64,000 nt of DNA. Source: Longimicrobiales bacterium. Its GTDB lineage: Bacteria; Gemmatimonadota; Gemmatimonadetes; Longimicrobiales; Gaopeijiaceae. The notes beneath the pieces are model-generated. The model was not told the DNA's origin. It worked only from the letters and a program-made list of their open reading frames with translations, and did not search any database. The stretch is taken from the NCBI GenBank assembly GCA_965202985.1, contig CBDBCF010000001.1, forward strand, positions 1,248,001-1,312,000. The letters are read 5' to 3'. Positions 11,368-20,726 of the stretch are shown here, in pieces; position 1 is the first letter of the stretch, and every line of letters begins with the position of its first letter. A program made the translations under genes and the position numbers.

Positions 11368-12546
11368 CTACCGCGACGCCTGCTCCATGGTCCGCCGAAT
11401 GGCCGAGCAGGCCTTGACGATCTGCTCCTCCGTAATCGTCGGGTGAACCAGGAAGACCAGGCTCGTCTCGCCCAGCTTGCGGGCGTTGGGCAGGCGCACG
11501 GCCGGCTGCCAGTCGGTGTCGTCGAACGCCTCCTCTTGGTAGACCTCTGGGCAGATCCCCTCGTGGTAGCAGGGCACCCCTTGTGCGCAGACGGCGGCGA
11601 CGATGCGGTTCCGGTCCCAGCCCGGCGCCAGCCGTTCCGGTCGGACAAAGGCGTAGAAGCGGTACCAGGCGTGGCGAAGATGGCGCGGGACCGGCGGCAC
11701 ACGCAGCGCGGTGAAGGCCCGGCACGCGCGGGCGATGGCCAGGGCGTTGCGGCGGCGAGCGGCGGTCCAGGCATTGATTCGCCCGAGCTGGACGCGGCCA
11801 ATCGCGGCCTGCATCTCGGTCATGCGCGCATTGGTGCCGAACGACTCGTGGACCCAGCGGAACCCCGGCGGGTGTTCGCGTTCGTAGACGGCGTTCCAGG
11901 ACTTGCCGTGGTCCTTGTACGACCAAGCCGCCTCCCAGATCGCGGGGTCGTCGGTGGTGACCATGCCGCCTTCGCCGCCGGTCGTCATGATCTTGTCCTG
12001 GCAGAACGACCACGCCCCCACATGGCCCAGCCCGCCCACGCTCCGCCCCTTGTACCGGGCGCCGTGGGCCTGCGCGCAGTCCTCCACGACGGCGAATCCG
12101 CGCTCCTTGGCCAACGCCAGTATCGGGTCCATCTCGCAGGGCCGCCCGGCAAGGTGCACGCAGATCACGGCCCGCGTCCGGGGCGTGAGGACGGCCTCGA
12201 TCGTCTTGGCGGTCACGTTCTGCGAGTCCCGGTCCACGTCAGCGAAGACCGGCCGCGCCCCAGCGGCCACGACCGCACTGGCCGACGCCACGAAGGTCCT
12301 AGGCGTCACCACCACGTCGGCCCCCGGCCCCACCCCCGTCGCGCGCAGCGCCGCGTCCAGAGCCACGGTGCCGTTGGCCACCGCCACGGCATGACGGGTC
12401 TCGGCGAACGCGGCGAACTCCTTCTCGAAGGCGCGGCCCTCGCCGCCGGTCCAGTAGTTTGTTCGGTTGGACGACAGGACGCGCTTCACGGCCGCCGCCT
12501 CTTCCCTGGTGTGCGACGGCCAAGGAGCGAAAGGCGTGTTCAGCAT
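11368..12546 (-). CDS. DegT/DnrJ/EryC1/StrS PLP-dependent sugar aminotransferase
   Basis: EDCAQAHGA, SFCQDKIMTTGGEGG; start ATG 12546. Confidence 0.93.
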   Translation of the reverse strand: MLNTPFAPWPSHTREEAAAVKRVLSSNRTNYWTGGEGRAFEKEFAAFAETRHAVAVANGTVALDAALRATGVGPGADVVVTPRTFVASASAVVAAGARPVFADVDRDSQNVTAKTIEAVLTPRTRAVICVHLAGRPCEMDPILALAKERGFAVVEDCAQAHGARYKGRSVGGLGHVGAWSFCQDKIMTTGGEGGMVTTDDPAIWEAAWSYKDHGKSWNAVYEREHPPGFRWVHESFGTNARMTEMQAAIGRVQLGRINAWTAARRRNALAIARACRAFTALRVPPVPRHLRHAWYRFYAFVRPERLAPGWDRNRIVAAVCAQGVPCYHEGICPEVYQEEAFDDTDWQPAVRLPNARKLGETSLVFLVHPTITEEQIVKACSAIRRTMEQASR

Positions 12547-12548
12547 CG

Positions 12549-13235
12549 GTGGAGAACCGCTCCTTGAACGACAACGGACCTGCGCTGGACGACGGACCTG
12601 CGCCGGACAGCGGACTTGCGCCCGACAGCCAACCCGCGCCCGACGGCCAGCCCGCGCCCGACGACCGCGCCGTGATCCTCTTCGACGGCGCCTGCAACTT
12701 GTGCAACGCCATGGTCCGCTGGGCCGGGCCGCGGGACCCGAACGGTCGGTTCCGCTTCGCGCAGCTCCAGTCCGACGAGGCCGCTCGGCTGCTTGCGCGG
12801 GCCGGCGCGACGGCAGGCGATTCTGCCTGGGCACGGGGCAGCGCCGCGAGCAACTGCGCCGATCCCGGGACCGTCCACGCGTTCCAAGGGTTGGGTGCGG
12901 GTTCCATTGCCCTCGTTCAGGGCCGCAAGGTCCACTTCCGGTCGGGCGCCGTTCTGCGCATTGCACTGCGCCTCAAGTTCCCCTATCCGTTGCTGGCCGC
13001 CGGCCTCTTGGCGCCCCGCCCACTCCGCGACGCCGCCTACGACTGGGTCGCCCGCAACCGCTACAAGTGGTTCGGCCGGGCCGCGGCCTGCCCCCTTCCG
13101 ACGACTCCGCAGGCGCAATCGGGCGCCGGCCCAGCCACGAACGCCAGCGCGGGGCCGACCGACGGCGCGCGACCGACCGACGGGCCGCCGGAGCCCCCGA
13201 ACCAGGGCGACTCCGGCGGCCGGCTCCGCGACTAG
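12549..13235 (+). CDS. DCC1-like (DUF393) thiol-disulfide oxidoreductase; start uncertain (GTG 12549 or 12672)
   Basis: FDGACNLC (DxxCxxC), YDWVARNRYKWFG. Confidence 0.85.
   Translation: MENRSLNDNGPALDDGPAPDSGLAPDSQPAPDGQPAPDDRAVILFDGACNLCNAMVRWAGPRDPNGRFRFAQLQSDEAARLLARAGATAGDSAWARGSAASNCADPGTVHAFQGLGAGSIALVQGRKVHFRSGAVLRIALRLKFPYPLLAAGLLAPRPLRDAAYDWVARNRYKWFGRAAACPLPTTPQAQSGAGPATNASAGPTDGARPTDGPPEPPNQGDSGGRLRD
12570..12671. repeat. Degenerate 18-bp tandem repeat, about 5.5 units
   Basis: gacaacggacctgcgctg / gacgacggacctgcgccg / gacagcggacttgcgccc / gacagccaacccgcgccc / gacggccagcccgcgccc. Confidence 0.9.
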
Positions 13236-14569
13236 GACTGGTTGCAGTACGCGTTCCCCTGCACGTTGGAGTTCGCGCTGCACTCGGCTTGGCTGGGCGG
13301 GAAGCAGCTGTGGCGGCCCTGCATGAACGCCACCGCCCACGGGCTGGTCCCTTCCGCCGAGAAGCGGGCGTTGTCCTTCAGCCTGCGCGCCTCCAGCCAC
13401 AGCTCGAAGTTCCGCTCCCTGTCCAGGGCCAGCCACGCCTCCGAGTCGGTGGAGGCGGACACGAGCGGCACGCCCACCCGCTCCCGCACGTAGTTGATCT
13501 TGTCCACGGCGCCGTCCCGGTCGCCTTGCCGCAACAAGACCTCGGCCTCGATCAGGCGCATCTCGTGACCTTTGGCCAAGGGGATGTCGTCGCCCTTCGT
13601 CAGGTACTTGAGCTGGCGGTAGAAGGGCTTGACGCCGCCGCCCGAGGTCTGGTTCATGTCGCGCCACGGCACGCGCGGGTCGGCGTCAGGGCCGATGCTG
13701 TCGTTGTACATGCTCCAGACCGTGATCTGCTTCTGGTTCTCGTTGGTGAACTGCCAGATCGAGTTCTCTTCGCGGCCGCTGTTCGCCGACCGACGCGCCA
13801 CCCACACGAAGTCGTCGGGCACTTGGGCCGCTTCCGACATGGCCTGCGAGTAGTTGCCCAGCATCAAGTGGGCTTGGGCCATTCCCGCGGTGGAGGCCGT
13901 CACGATTGAGTCCAAGCCCGCGCCTGACGCGCGCGTCCGCGCCGTCTCGAACCGCTCCAGAGCCCTGGCGTAGTGTTCGTTCACTTCGCCTGCCGCCCCG
14001 GGGTCGGGGTTGCCGTCGCCGTCCGCGTCTTCGCCGCCGAACACGGCGATGCATGCGTTGTCACCCAGGATTCGGTTGGCCCAGCCGGCCCACATGTAGG
14101 CCGCGGTGACCCATTGGTTGGTCGCGGCGTCGCTCTGGCTCTCGCCCAGCCGCGCAATGCCGGCCGCGGCGCCCCAGCGCGCCAGCTGCATGGGGTGCCA
14201 GCTGTTGTTCGCGTTGGTGACCGTCAGCCGCCCTTCGCCGGCGTCCTGAAGCCAGGGCTGCGTGGCGTCCGCATCCAAGTCGGTCGAAGCCGGTCCGCCC
14301 AGCCACGCCATGGCGTCCAGAGCCACTTCCACGTCCGCGGCCACGCCGATCAGCACCGTCTTGCCGGCCGACTCCTCGTTCAGCGCCGAGTCGATGATCG
14401 GCCCCGGGTTCACCACGTCGAAGAGGTCGCACGCGGAGACGAGCAGCACAGCCAGTCCGGCGCTCGCCAAGCGTGCGGGCAGAGTCCGGCGCGTCTGCCG
14501 AGTCCGGCGGGCCTGTGCGATCCGGCGCGCGCGGTCCAGGAGCGTGCTTCCGTTGTTGGCGTTTCTCAT
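13232..14569 (-). CDS. RagB/SusD family outer-membrane lipoprotein
   Basis: Lipobox VSAC; EMRLIEAE, INYVRER, ERNFELWLEARRLKD; directly downstream of SusC. Confidence 0.9.
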   Translation of the reverse strand: MRNANNGSTLLDRARRIAQARRTRQTRRTLPARLASAGLAVLLVSACDLFDVVNPGPIIDSALNEESAGKTVLIGVAADVEVALDAMAWLGGPASTDLDADATQPWLQDAGEGRLTVTNANNSWHPMQLARWGAAAGIARLGESQSDAATNQWVTAAYMWAGWANRILGDNACIAVFGGEDADGDGNPDPGAAGEVNEHYARALERFETARTRASGAGLDSIVTASTAGMAQAHLMLGNYSQAMSEAAQVPDDFVWVARRSANSGREENSIWQFTNENQKQITVWSMYNDSIGPDADPRVPWRDMNQTSGGGVKPFYRQLKYLTKGDDIPLAKGHEMRLIEAEVLLRQGDRDGAVDKINYVRERVGVPLVSASTDSEAWLALDRERNFELWLEARRLKDNARFSAEGTSPWAVAFMQGRHSCFPPSQAECSANSNVQGNAYCNQS

Positions 14570-14594
14570 GCGTTGATCTCCTTTCTGCGCCGAG

Positions 14595-17500
14595 CTAGAA
14601 GTTGGCCCGAAGGCTCAGGGAGAACATGACGGGCGCCGGCAGCTGGTAGTACTCGTACCGGGCCGGGAAGGTGCCCACGCCGCCGCCGTAGCCCACGGTC
14701 AGCTCGGGGTCGATCCCCGCGCCGTTGGACCACTTGTACGGGTTCTGCAGGGTCGCCGTCAGCGTGGTGCCCGTGGCCCCCGGGATCAGGTTGTCGGGTA
14801 CCAGCAGCGACGCCGATATGGTGCGGATCTTGAAGAAGTTCGACGGCCGCATCCAGAAGTCGAAGTTGGGCGTCGGCAGCTGGCACCGGGCCCTCCAAAT
14901 CGCCGTCGCCGCACCCCACGCCGCCGCGTCGTCGGGGTCGTCCAGTCCGCGGTCGTTGCACTCGGGCCACAGCCCGCGCCGCACCTGCTGCCAGGGCATG
15001 ATGTTGAACTGGTACTGGCCCCCGTGGTACTCGCCCAAAGCGTAGATCGTGAGACGCTTGAACAGGTTGAGCGACATCGTGCCGCTGAGCACGTGCGTCG
15101 GGTAGACGGGACCGTAGTAGTGGTCGTTCTCGACGACCGGATCGGCCACCTCGTTCGGGTTTGACACGCTCTCGCCCCAGAGCGACACGATCGGGTACCC
15201 GACTCGCACCCACTGGCCCAGCAGCGACCCCCATCCCAGGAAGAACTCGGGGGCGCCGCCCAAGTCCAGCACTTCGCTGGACACGGTGGACACGCGGCCG
15301 GTGATCTCCCAGCGCACGTTCTCCAGCGCCACGGGCACGCCCGTCAACGACATCTCCAACCCCGTGTTCTTGAACTCGCCCACGTTCTTGAGCTGCGAGT
15401 TCAGGAAGCCGTCGGACGGAGGCGCGGTCACGGGCATCAGCGCGTCGCTGGTGACGCTGTTGTACCAGCTGAAGTCGAAGCCGATGCGGTCGTCGAGCAT
15501 CCCGCCCTCGAAGCCCAACTCCAGCTCGGTGGAGCGCTCGGGCCCCAGGTCCGGGTTGCCCAAGTTGGCCGGCGTCACGCCCGCTTGGCCTTCGTAGCCC
15601 GCTACGGGTGTCCACGTTCGCACGGCGTCGAAGGCTCCGGGCGCCTTGCCGGACTGGCCCCACGCCGCTCGCAGCTTCATCGTCGGCCACCAGTCGCCGG
15701 GCCAGAAGTCCATGTCGGAGATCACGTAGGACGCGCTCACCTTCGGATACACCTGCAACCCCAGGTCCTCGCCGAAGGCGCTGTTGCCGTCCACGCGCAC
15801 GCCGCCGGTCAGGAACAGGTTGTCGTTGATCCCCACCACTTCCTGCGCGAAGAAGCCCGCGTTGACCACGCGCAACAGGTCTTCGCTGGACTGCGTGGCC
15901 GCGCCCGAGGACAAGGTCTTGTCGCCGGGGCCGCCGAAGTCTTCCGAGATGCCGTAGACGGTGTGGTCCCAGTCGCTGAAGATCTGGCCGCCCAGCGACA
16001 GCGACGACGTGATGTTGTCGGCGAAGTCGGCGTCCCAGGTGGAGCCCAGATCGAAGGTGATCGTCCGGTGCTCCCATTCGTTAAGGTTGCGTTCGCCCTT
16101 GGGCTTGAGCACGTGGTCGAAGGGGAAGTTGCGCTGGTTGAACGCCGTAGTGTAGTCCAGCCCGATCGTGAGGCGCGTGGTGAGGCCCAGTCCCTCGGCC
16201 GAATGGATGGTGGTGAGGCCGCCCACGAAGTGCTCGACTCGACCGCTGTTGGTGATGTCGAACAGGATCTGGTCGGGGTCGCCCTGGTAGTTGTCCCTGT
16301 CCACGGCGGCGTTGGTGTAGTCCTGCGTGCCGCGGAGCACGTTGAGCATGAAGCCCGTGGCGTTGTCGCCCATCTCCATGTAGTTCGTGTTCTTGTGGCT
16401 GTACGACGTGTTCAGGCTGACGTTGAGCGACGGCGCCGGCTGGAGCCCGAAGTTGCCCCGGACGCCGTACGAGCGCTGGTCGTTGTTGTCCACGACGCCG
16501 TCGTCGTACCCCACGGCTCCGGACAGGTAGTAGCTGACGGTGTTGGTGCCGCCCGAGACCGACAGCTTGGCCTCGCCCAGGGGCGCGTTGGAGTACCACG
16601 GCTTGGTGAAGCCCCAATCCGCCGTCTTGCCCAAGATCGGGCCCATGGAGTTGCCGGTCATGAAGCGCGCGCCGCCGGTGAACTCGGCCGTCCACGCGGC
16701 GCGCTGTCCGGCGCGGCCCTTCTTGGTGAAGATCTGGATCACGCCGCCCGCGGCCTCGGTGCCGTACAACGTGGTTGCGGCGGCGCCGCGCACGATCTGC
16801 ACATCCTCGATGTTGTACGGATCGATCAAGTCGAGCGGATTGGGCGACGTTTGTGCGCCGGCGGGCCCCGGGTTGATGCTCTGCCGGTTGTTGTACACGC
16901 CCTGGTTGTTGTTCATGCGCACGCCGTCCACGTAGATGAGCGGCTGCACGTCCTGGCTGATGCTGTTGACGCCGCGGAGCATGATCTTGGAGCCGCCGCC
17001 GACCTGGCCCTCGTTCCGCCACTGCTGGATGCCCGTGGTCTGGCCGTTGAGGATCTCGGTCAGCGACTGCGACGGCGTGTTCTCGAGCGACGCGGCGTCG
17101 ACGCTGGCCACGCTGTTGCCGATCTCGCGACGCGACGCGGCCCCCGGCGCCCCGGTGACCACGATCTCGTCGAGCTCGAGCGCCGTTTCGCTCATGCGGA
17201 ACTCGACGAAGGCGGCCTGGCCCGCCGACACCTGCACGGTCTGGGTTTCGGTGCCGTAGCCGATGCGCTGGGCCGACACCTCGTGGACGCCGGCCGGCAC
17301 CTCCAGGATCAGGAAGCGCCCGTCCTGCGAAGCGATCCCGCCCAGCCCCGTTTCGCCCACGGAGATCTGCGCGACGGCGATCGGCGTGTTGTTGGCGGCG
17401 TTCAAGACCCTGCCCGTGATCCTGCCGTTCTGCGCCGAGAGGGCGGCCGGCACAAGGACCGCGACGGCAAGCAGGGCGGCCGCGGCCAGTGCGGGCACGT

Positions 17501-17612
17501 TGGCGATAGCGACGCGCGCCGATGCGGTTCGGATCGGGGCGCTTGCGAGCGTGGCGAGTCGGCCGGACCGGGGTGGGCCGGCGGTCGCGCCGTGGTGGGT
17601 TCCCACGTTCAT
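14595..17612 (-). CDS. SusC/RagA family TonB-dependent receptor
   Basis: Carboxypeptidase-regulatory-like N-domain; plug PLIYVDGV, GAAATTLYGTEAAGGVIQIFTKKG; LGNPDLGPERS; terminal Phe. Confidence 0.93.
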   Translation of the reverse strand: MNVGTHHGATAGPPRSGRLATLASAPIRTASARVAIANVPALAAAALLAVAVLVPAALSAQNGRITGRVLNAANNTPIAVAQISVGETGLGGIASQDGRFLILEVPAGVHEVSAQRIGYGTETQTVQVSAGQAAFVEFRMSETALELDEIVVTGAPGAASRREIGNSVASVDAASLENTPSQSLTEILNGQTTGIQQWRNEGQVGGGSKIMLRGVNSISQDVQPLIYVDGVRMNNNQGVYNNRQSINPGPAGAQTSPNPLDLIDPYNIEDVQIVRGAAATTLYGTEAAGGVIQIFTKKGRAGQRAAWTAEFTGGARFMTGNSMGPILGKTADWGFTKPWYSNAPLGEAKLSVSGGTNTVSYYLSGAVGYDDGVVDNNDQRSYGVRGNFGLQPAPSLNVSLNTSYSHKNTNYMEMGDNATGFMLNVLRGTQDYTNAAVDRDNYQGDPDQILFDITNSGRVEHFVGGLTTIHSAEGLGLTTRLTIGLDYTTAFNQRNFPFDHVLKPKGERNLNEWEHRTITFDLGSTWDADFADNITSSLSLGGQIFSDWDHTVYGISEDFGGPGDKTLSSGAATQSSEDLLRVVNAGFFAQEVVGINDNLFLTGGVRVDGNSAFGEDLGLQVYPKVSASYVISDMDFWPGDWWPTMKLRAAWGQSGKAPGAFDAVRTWTPVAGYEGQAGVTPANLGNPDLGPERSTELELGFEGGMLDDRIGFDFSWYNSVTSDALMPVTAPPSDGFLNSQLKNVGEFKNTGLEMSLTGVPVALENVRWEITGRVSTVSSEVLDLGGAPEFFLGWGSLLGQWVRVGYPIVSLWGESVSNPNEVADPVVENDHYYGPVYPTHVLSGTMSLNLFKRLTIYALGEYHGGQYQFNIMPWQQVRRGLWPECNDRGLDDPDDAAAWGAATAIWRARCQLPTPNFDFWMRPSNFFKIRTISASLLVPDNLIPGATGTTLTATLQNPYKWSNGAGIDPELTVGYGGGVGTFPARYEYYQLPAPVMFSLSLRANF

Positions 17613-17825
17613 GGAGGACCTCCTGGGTCGGAGCTGCGGTTGTGGGAAGGCGAGCTAAGCGCGTCAGCGTAGGGCGCGGGCGCGGACGGCGCAAGGTCGG
17701 GCGGCGGGGCGCAACGTGGTTCGGTCCGCGTCGGCACGGTCGAAGCGGGGCGCGAAGTTAGCTTGCGGTTGTCCGGAATTCGCATGGCGGCCACGCCGTT
17801 TTTCTGGCAGGAGGGTGAAGAAAAG

Positions 17826-19061
17826 ATGTTGGCTGAGGGCTGGGCGTTCGTCGTCGGCAATCCTCGATTCGCTCGGGACGACGTGAAGCCGTGGGCGCTG
17901 GCGGCGATTCTCTGCTTGGGTTGCACCGGCGAGATTGCGGCACAGGAGAAGTTGCTCGAGGCGCCGGCGTTGTTCTCGTCCTCCGACGATGTGGAGCGGG
18001 TCCGGTCTTCGGTGGAGTTCGACACGCTGTGGGTGTTCGGCGGCCCGTCGGACACCTTGCTGGCCGCTCCGCGGCTGCCGCGTCCCGACGGCGCACAAGA
18101 GGTGGTCTTCTTCGACGTGCAGAACCAGGCGGCCTACCGGCTTGGAGGGGACGGCGAGTTGTTGTGGTCCTGGGGGCGCAAGGGCGAAGGGCCGGGCGAA
18201 CTGCGGAACGTTCGGGCATTGGACGTTGCGACGGACGGATCGGTAGTGCTCGTCGACTCCGGCAATCGGCGCGTGGTGCGGTTGAGTGCGGACGGGCGGT
18301 TGCTTGAAGAGGCGCCGGTGCCGGCCCGCAGCGGCTTCGTGACATCGGTGGCCGCGTTGCAGGGCGGCCGGTTTGCGGTCGATGGAGGCGTGGGAGGGTC
18401 TTTTCTTGCGCTGTGGGACGGGGACGACGCGGTCGCGGTGGAGTCGCCGACCGGTCTGGGCAAGGCTTACGCCCTGCTGCAGCAGGGAACAATGGTCAGG
18501 TGGGGCGACGACGGTTGGGTGTTCGGGTTTTTCTACGGCGACGGATGGGCGACGTTCCGGGAAGCCCAGCTGCTGGGCGTCTTTCCTTACGTCGAACACT
18601 TCGACTTTCCGAGGGCGCGACAGGTGCGGCGGGGGAACGGCGTGTCCACGCGGATGGTTCGCAGACCCGCCGAAACCGGGCGGTCGTTGTCCGTGGTCGG
18701 CGACACGCTGTTCGTGCTGTTCGGCGGCGAGAAGGTGGCAGGATGGGCACTGGACAAGTTCGATCTGCGGAGCGGGGCGTACCTGGAAACCGAAGTTCTT
18801 CCCCACTTTGCGAACTCGGCGGTCGTCGGCGAAGACAGAGTCTTCACCATCGAGGCTTGGGACGTGTATCCGCGCATCGTGGCGCTGGCGCGACGGGCGG
18901 CGCAGGCCCCTCGGGTTACCCGTCGGCGCCCACGAGCGGCACAAAGCGCACGGCCCCGAGCGCTTCTCGGACGAAGGCGCCGTCGGGACCCTTCTGCTCC
19001 ACCACCATTGTCTGACAGGCGGCGCTGCCCACGGGCATCACCAAGCGGCCCCCGACCTTGA
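17826..19061 (+). CDS. 6-bladed beta-propeller (NHL-like) lipoprotein
   Basis: RBS ggaggg before ATG 17826; CLGC lipobox-like; GRKGEGPGEL motif; 3' end overlaps pcm. Confidence 0.75.
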   Translation: MLAEGWAFVVGNPRFARDDVKPWALAAILCLGCTGEIAAQEKLLEAPALFSSSDDVERVRSSVEFDTLWVFGGPSDTLLAAPRLPRPDGAQEVVFFDVQNQAAYRLGGDGELLWSWGRKGEGPGELRNVRALDVATDGSVVLVDSGNRRVVRLSADGRLLEEAPVPARSGFVTSVAALQGGRFAVDGGVGGSFLALWDGDDAVAVESPTGLGKAYALLQQGTMVRWGDDGWVFGFFYGDGWATFREAQLLGVFPYVEHFDFPRARQVRRGNGVSTRMVRRPAETGRSLSVVGDTLFVLFGGEKVAGWALDKFDLRSGAYLETEVLPHFANSAVVGEDRVFTIEAWDVYPRIVALARRAAQAPRVTRRRPRAAQSARPRALLGRRRRRDPSAPPPLSDRRRCPRASPSGPRP

Positions 19062-19578
19062 GCTGGTCGCGCAGCGGGGCGGGAACCCGAGAGCCGCCGG
19101 CCGCAACGGAGACGGCGTCGAAGGGGGCGTGCTCGGGCCAGCCCAGGCTGCCGTCCCCGACGCGGATGTGCACGTTGCTGAAGCGCAGGGCCGCTAGGCG
19201 AGTTCGTGCTTGGGCCGCCAGTGCGCCGCGCCGCTCCACGGTGAAAACGCTGCCGGCAAGTCGCGACAGCACGGCGGCTCCGTAGCCCGATCCCGTACCC
19301 ACTTCCAGCACGCGGTCGCCGGTGGACAACTGCAGGAGATCGGCCATCCAAGCCACAACGAACGGCTGCGACGCGGTTTGGCCCTCGCCGATCGGAACCG
19401 GGCCGTCGGCGTAGGCCAGCGAGGCGGCCGACGGGGGCACGAAGCGCTCTCGCGGGACCGCTTCCATGGCTGCGAGGACCCTGGGGTCCGCGATCCCCCG
19501 GCGGGCGATCTGCCGACGCACCATCCGACGGCGTTCGCGCAGGCGATCTCGGGGCTGGCGAGCGCCGGCCGGCGTCAA
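18916..19578 (-). CDS. pcm: Protein-L-isoaspartate O-methyltransferase
   Basis: VPRERFV, AYAD, GQTASQP, VLEVGTGSGY, GDGSLGW, VRFVPL; start about TTG 19578. Confidence 0.93.
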   Translation of the reverse strand: MTPAGARQPRDRLRERRRMVRRQIARRGIADPRVLAAMEAVPRERFVPPSAASLAYADGPVPIGEGQTASQPFVVAWMADLLQLSTGDRVLEVGTGSGYGAAVLSRLAGSVFTVERRGALAAQARTRLAALRFSNVHIRVGDGSLGWPEHAPFDAVSVAAGGSRVPAPLRDQLKVGGRLVMPVGSAACQTMVVEQKGPDGAFVREALGAVRFVPLVGADG

Positions 19579-20726
19579 GGAGCCGGCGGGCCCGGCCAGA
19601 AGTCGATGCCTCCGGGCTGGTGCTCCAGCTCCAACGTCGCGACCACCTCCAGCGCCTCCAGGTCGATCACGTCCAGGGTTCCGCGCACCGAACCCACCGA
19701 CTCGTTCGTGACGAAGGCCCAGCGGCCGTCGGGGCTGGCCACCACGCCGTGCGTCACCGGGCGGGACGTGGGCAGGCGACGCAGAAGCGCACCGGCTTCC
19801 AGGTCGAACACAGCCACGGCCTGCTCCCCCTTCAGCGTGGCGATCAGGAGACGCCCCCCGGCCACGGCCTCCAGGTTGTACGGCCCGGCGCCCGTGGCGA
19901 ACCGCCGCGACACGCGCCACGCCTCGGTGTCCACCTCCAGCACCTCGCGGTTCTTGTTGCACGCCACGTAGACGAACCGGTTTGCGCGCGCGCCCGAGGC
20001 CGGCTCCACCCACGTGGGACTGCATACGGCGGCCGGCTCCGAGTGCGCCGCGGGCTCGTGGGCGTCGGCCAGCAACGCTTCGTGCCCCGGCGCCAGGCCG
20101 AAGCGCGCGCTGGGCTGGAAGGTCTCGACGTCGATCTCGACCAGCTGCTCGGAGTGCATGCACACGGAGTACTGCTTGGTCCCGGCGGCGTCGACGCGGC
20201 TCCCGTGCGGCATCAGGCACGTCGTGATCTTGGCGATCTCCAGCATGTCGGGGGCGTACACCACCGAAATGCTGGACGGTTCCATGTCGCCGTGCAGGTT
20301 GAAGTTGGCCGCCAGCAGGAACTGGCCGTCGGGCGTGAGTCCCATCGTCGCGGGGAAGCGTCCCAGGCGGGTCCGCGCCACCAAGGTGTCGGGGCCGGCG
20401 TGGAACTTCCACACGTAGCCGAAGGGCGTGCCGTGGGCGATGCTCACGTACCAGTGGCGGCCGTCGGGCGACACGCTAAGGCCGTGGGCGCCGTCGTTGT
20501 CGCCGGGCATGATCCCGACGGGGATGTTCTTCTCCAGGACGGCGCCTTGTCCGGGCGCAAAGGCGACGCGGCTCACCAAGTCCGACGACTCGTTGGCCAC
20601 GTACACGCGGTAGACGGGAGAGTCCCGCACGGCCTCTTGGCCAAGGGCTGGAGCCGGCGTCGGCAAAGCCGCAAGCGATGCCAACAGGGCCAGCCCCGCG
20701 ACCGCCGCCTTGTGCGCCCCGCTCAC
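19575..20726 (-). CDS. YncE/YVTN-family beta-propeller, secreted
   Basis: Signal peptide from GTG 20726; VYVANES, HGLSVSPDG, HGVVASPDG..FVTNE repeats. Confidence 0.85.
   Translation of the reverse strand: MSGAHKAAVAGLALLASLAALPTPAPALGQEAVRDSPVYRVYVANESSDLVSRVAFAPGQGAVLEKNIPVGIMPGDNDGAHGLSVSPDGRHWYVSIAHGTPFGYVWKFHAGPDTLVARTRLGRFPATMGLTPDGQFLLAANFNLHGDMEPSSISVVYAPDMLEIAKITTCLMPHGSRVDAAGTKQYSVCMHSEQLVEIDVETFQPSARFGLAPGHEALLADAHEPAAHSEPAAVCSPTWVEPASGARANRFVYVACNKNREVLEVDTEAWRVSRRFATGAGPYNLEAVAGGRLLIATLKGEQAVAVFDLEAGALLRRLPTSRPVTHGVVASPDGRWAFVTNESVGSVRGTLDVIDLEALEVVATLELEHQPGGIDFWPGPPAP

Noticed and set aside
12570..12671. Possible CRISPR or mini-array
   Set aside because: Contiguous 18-bp degenerate units with no unique spacers and no cas genes; simple tandem repeat
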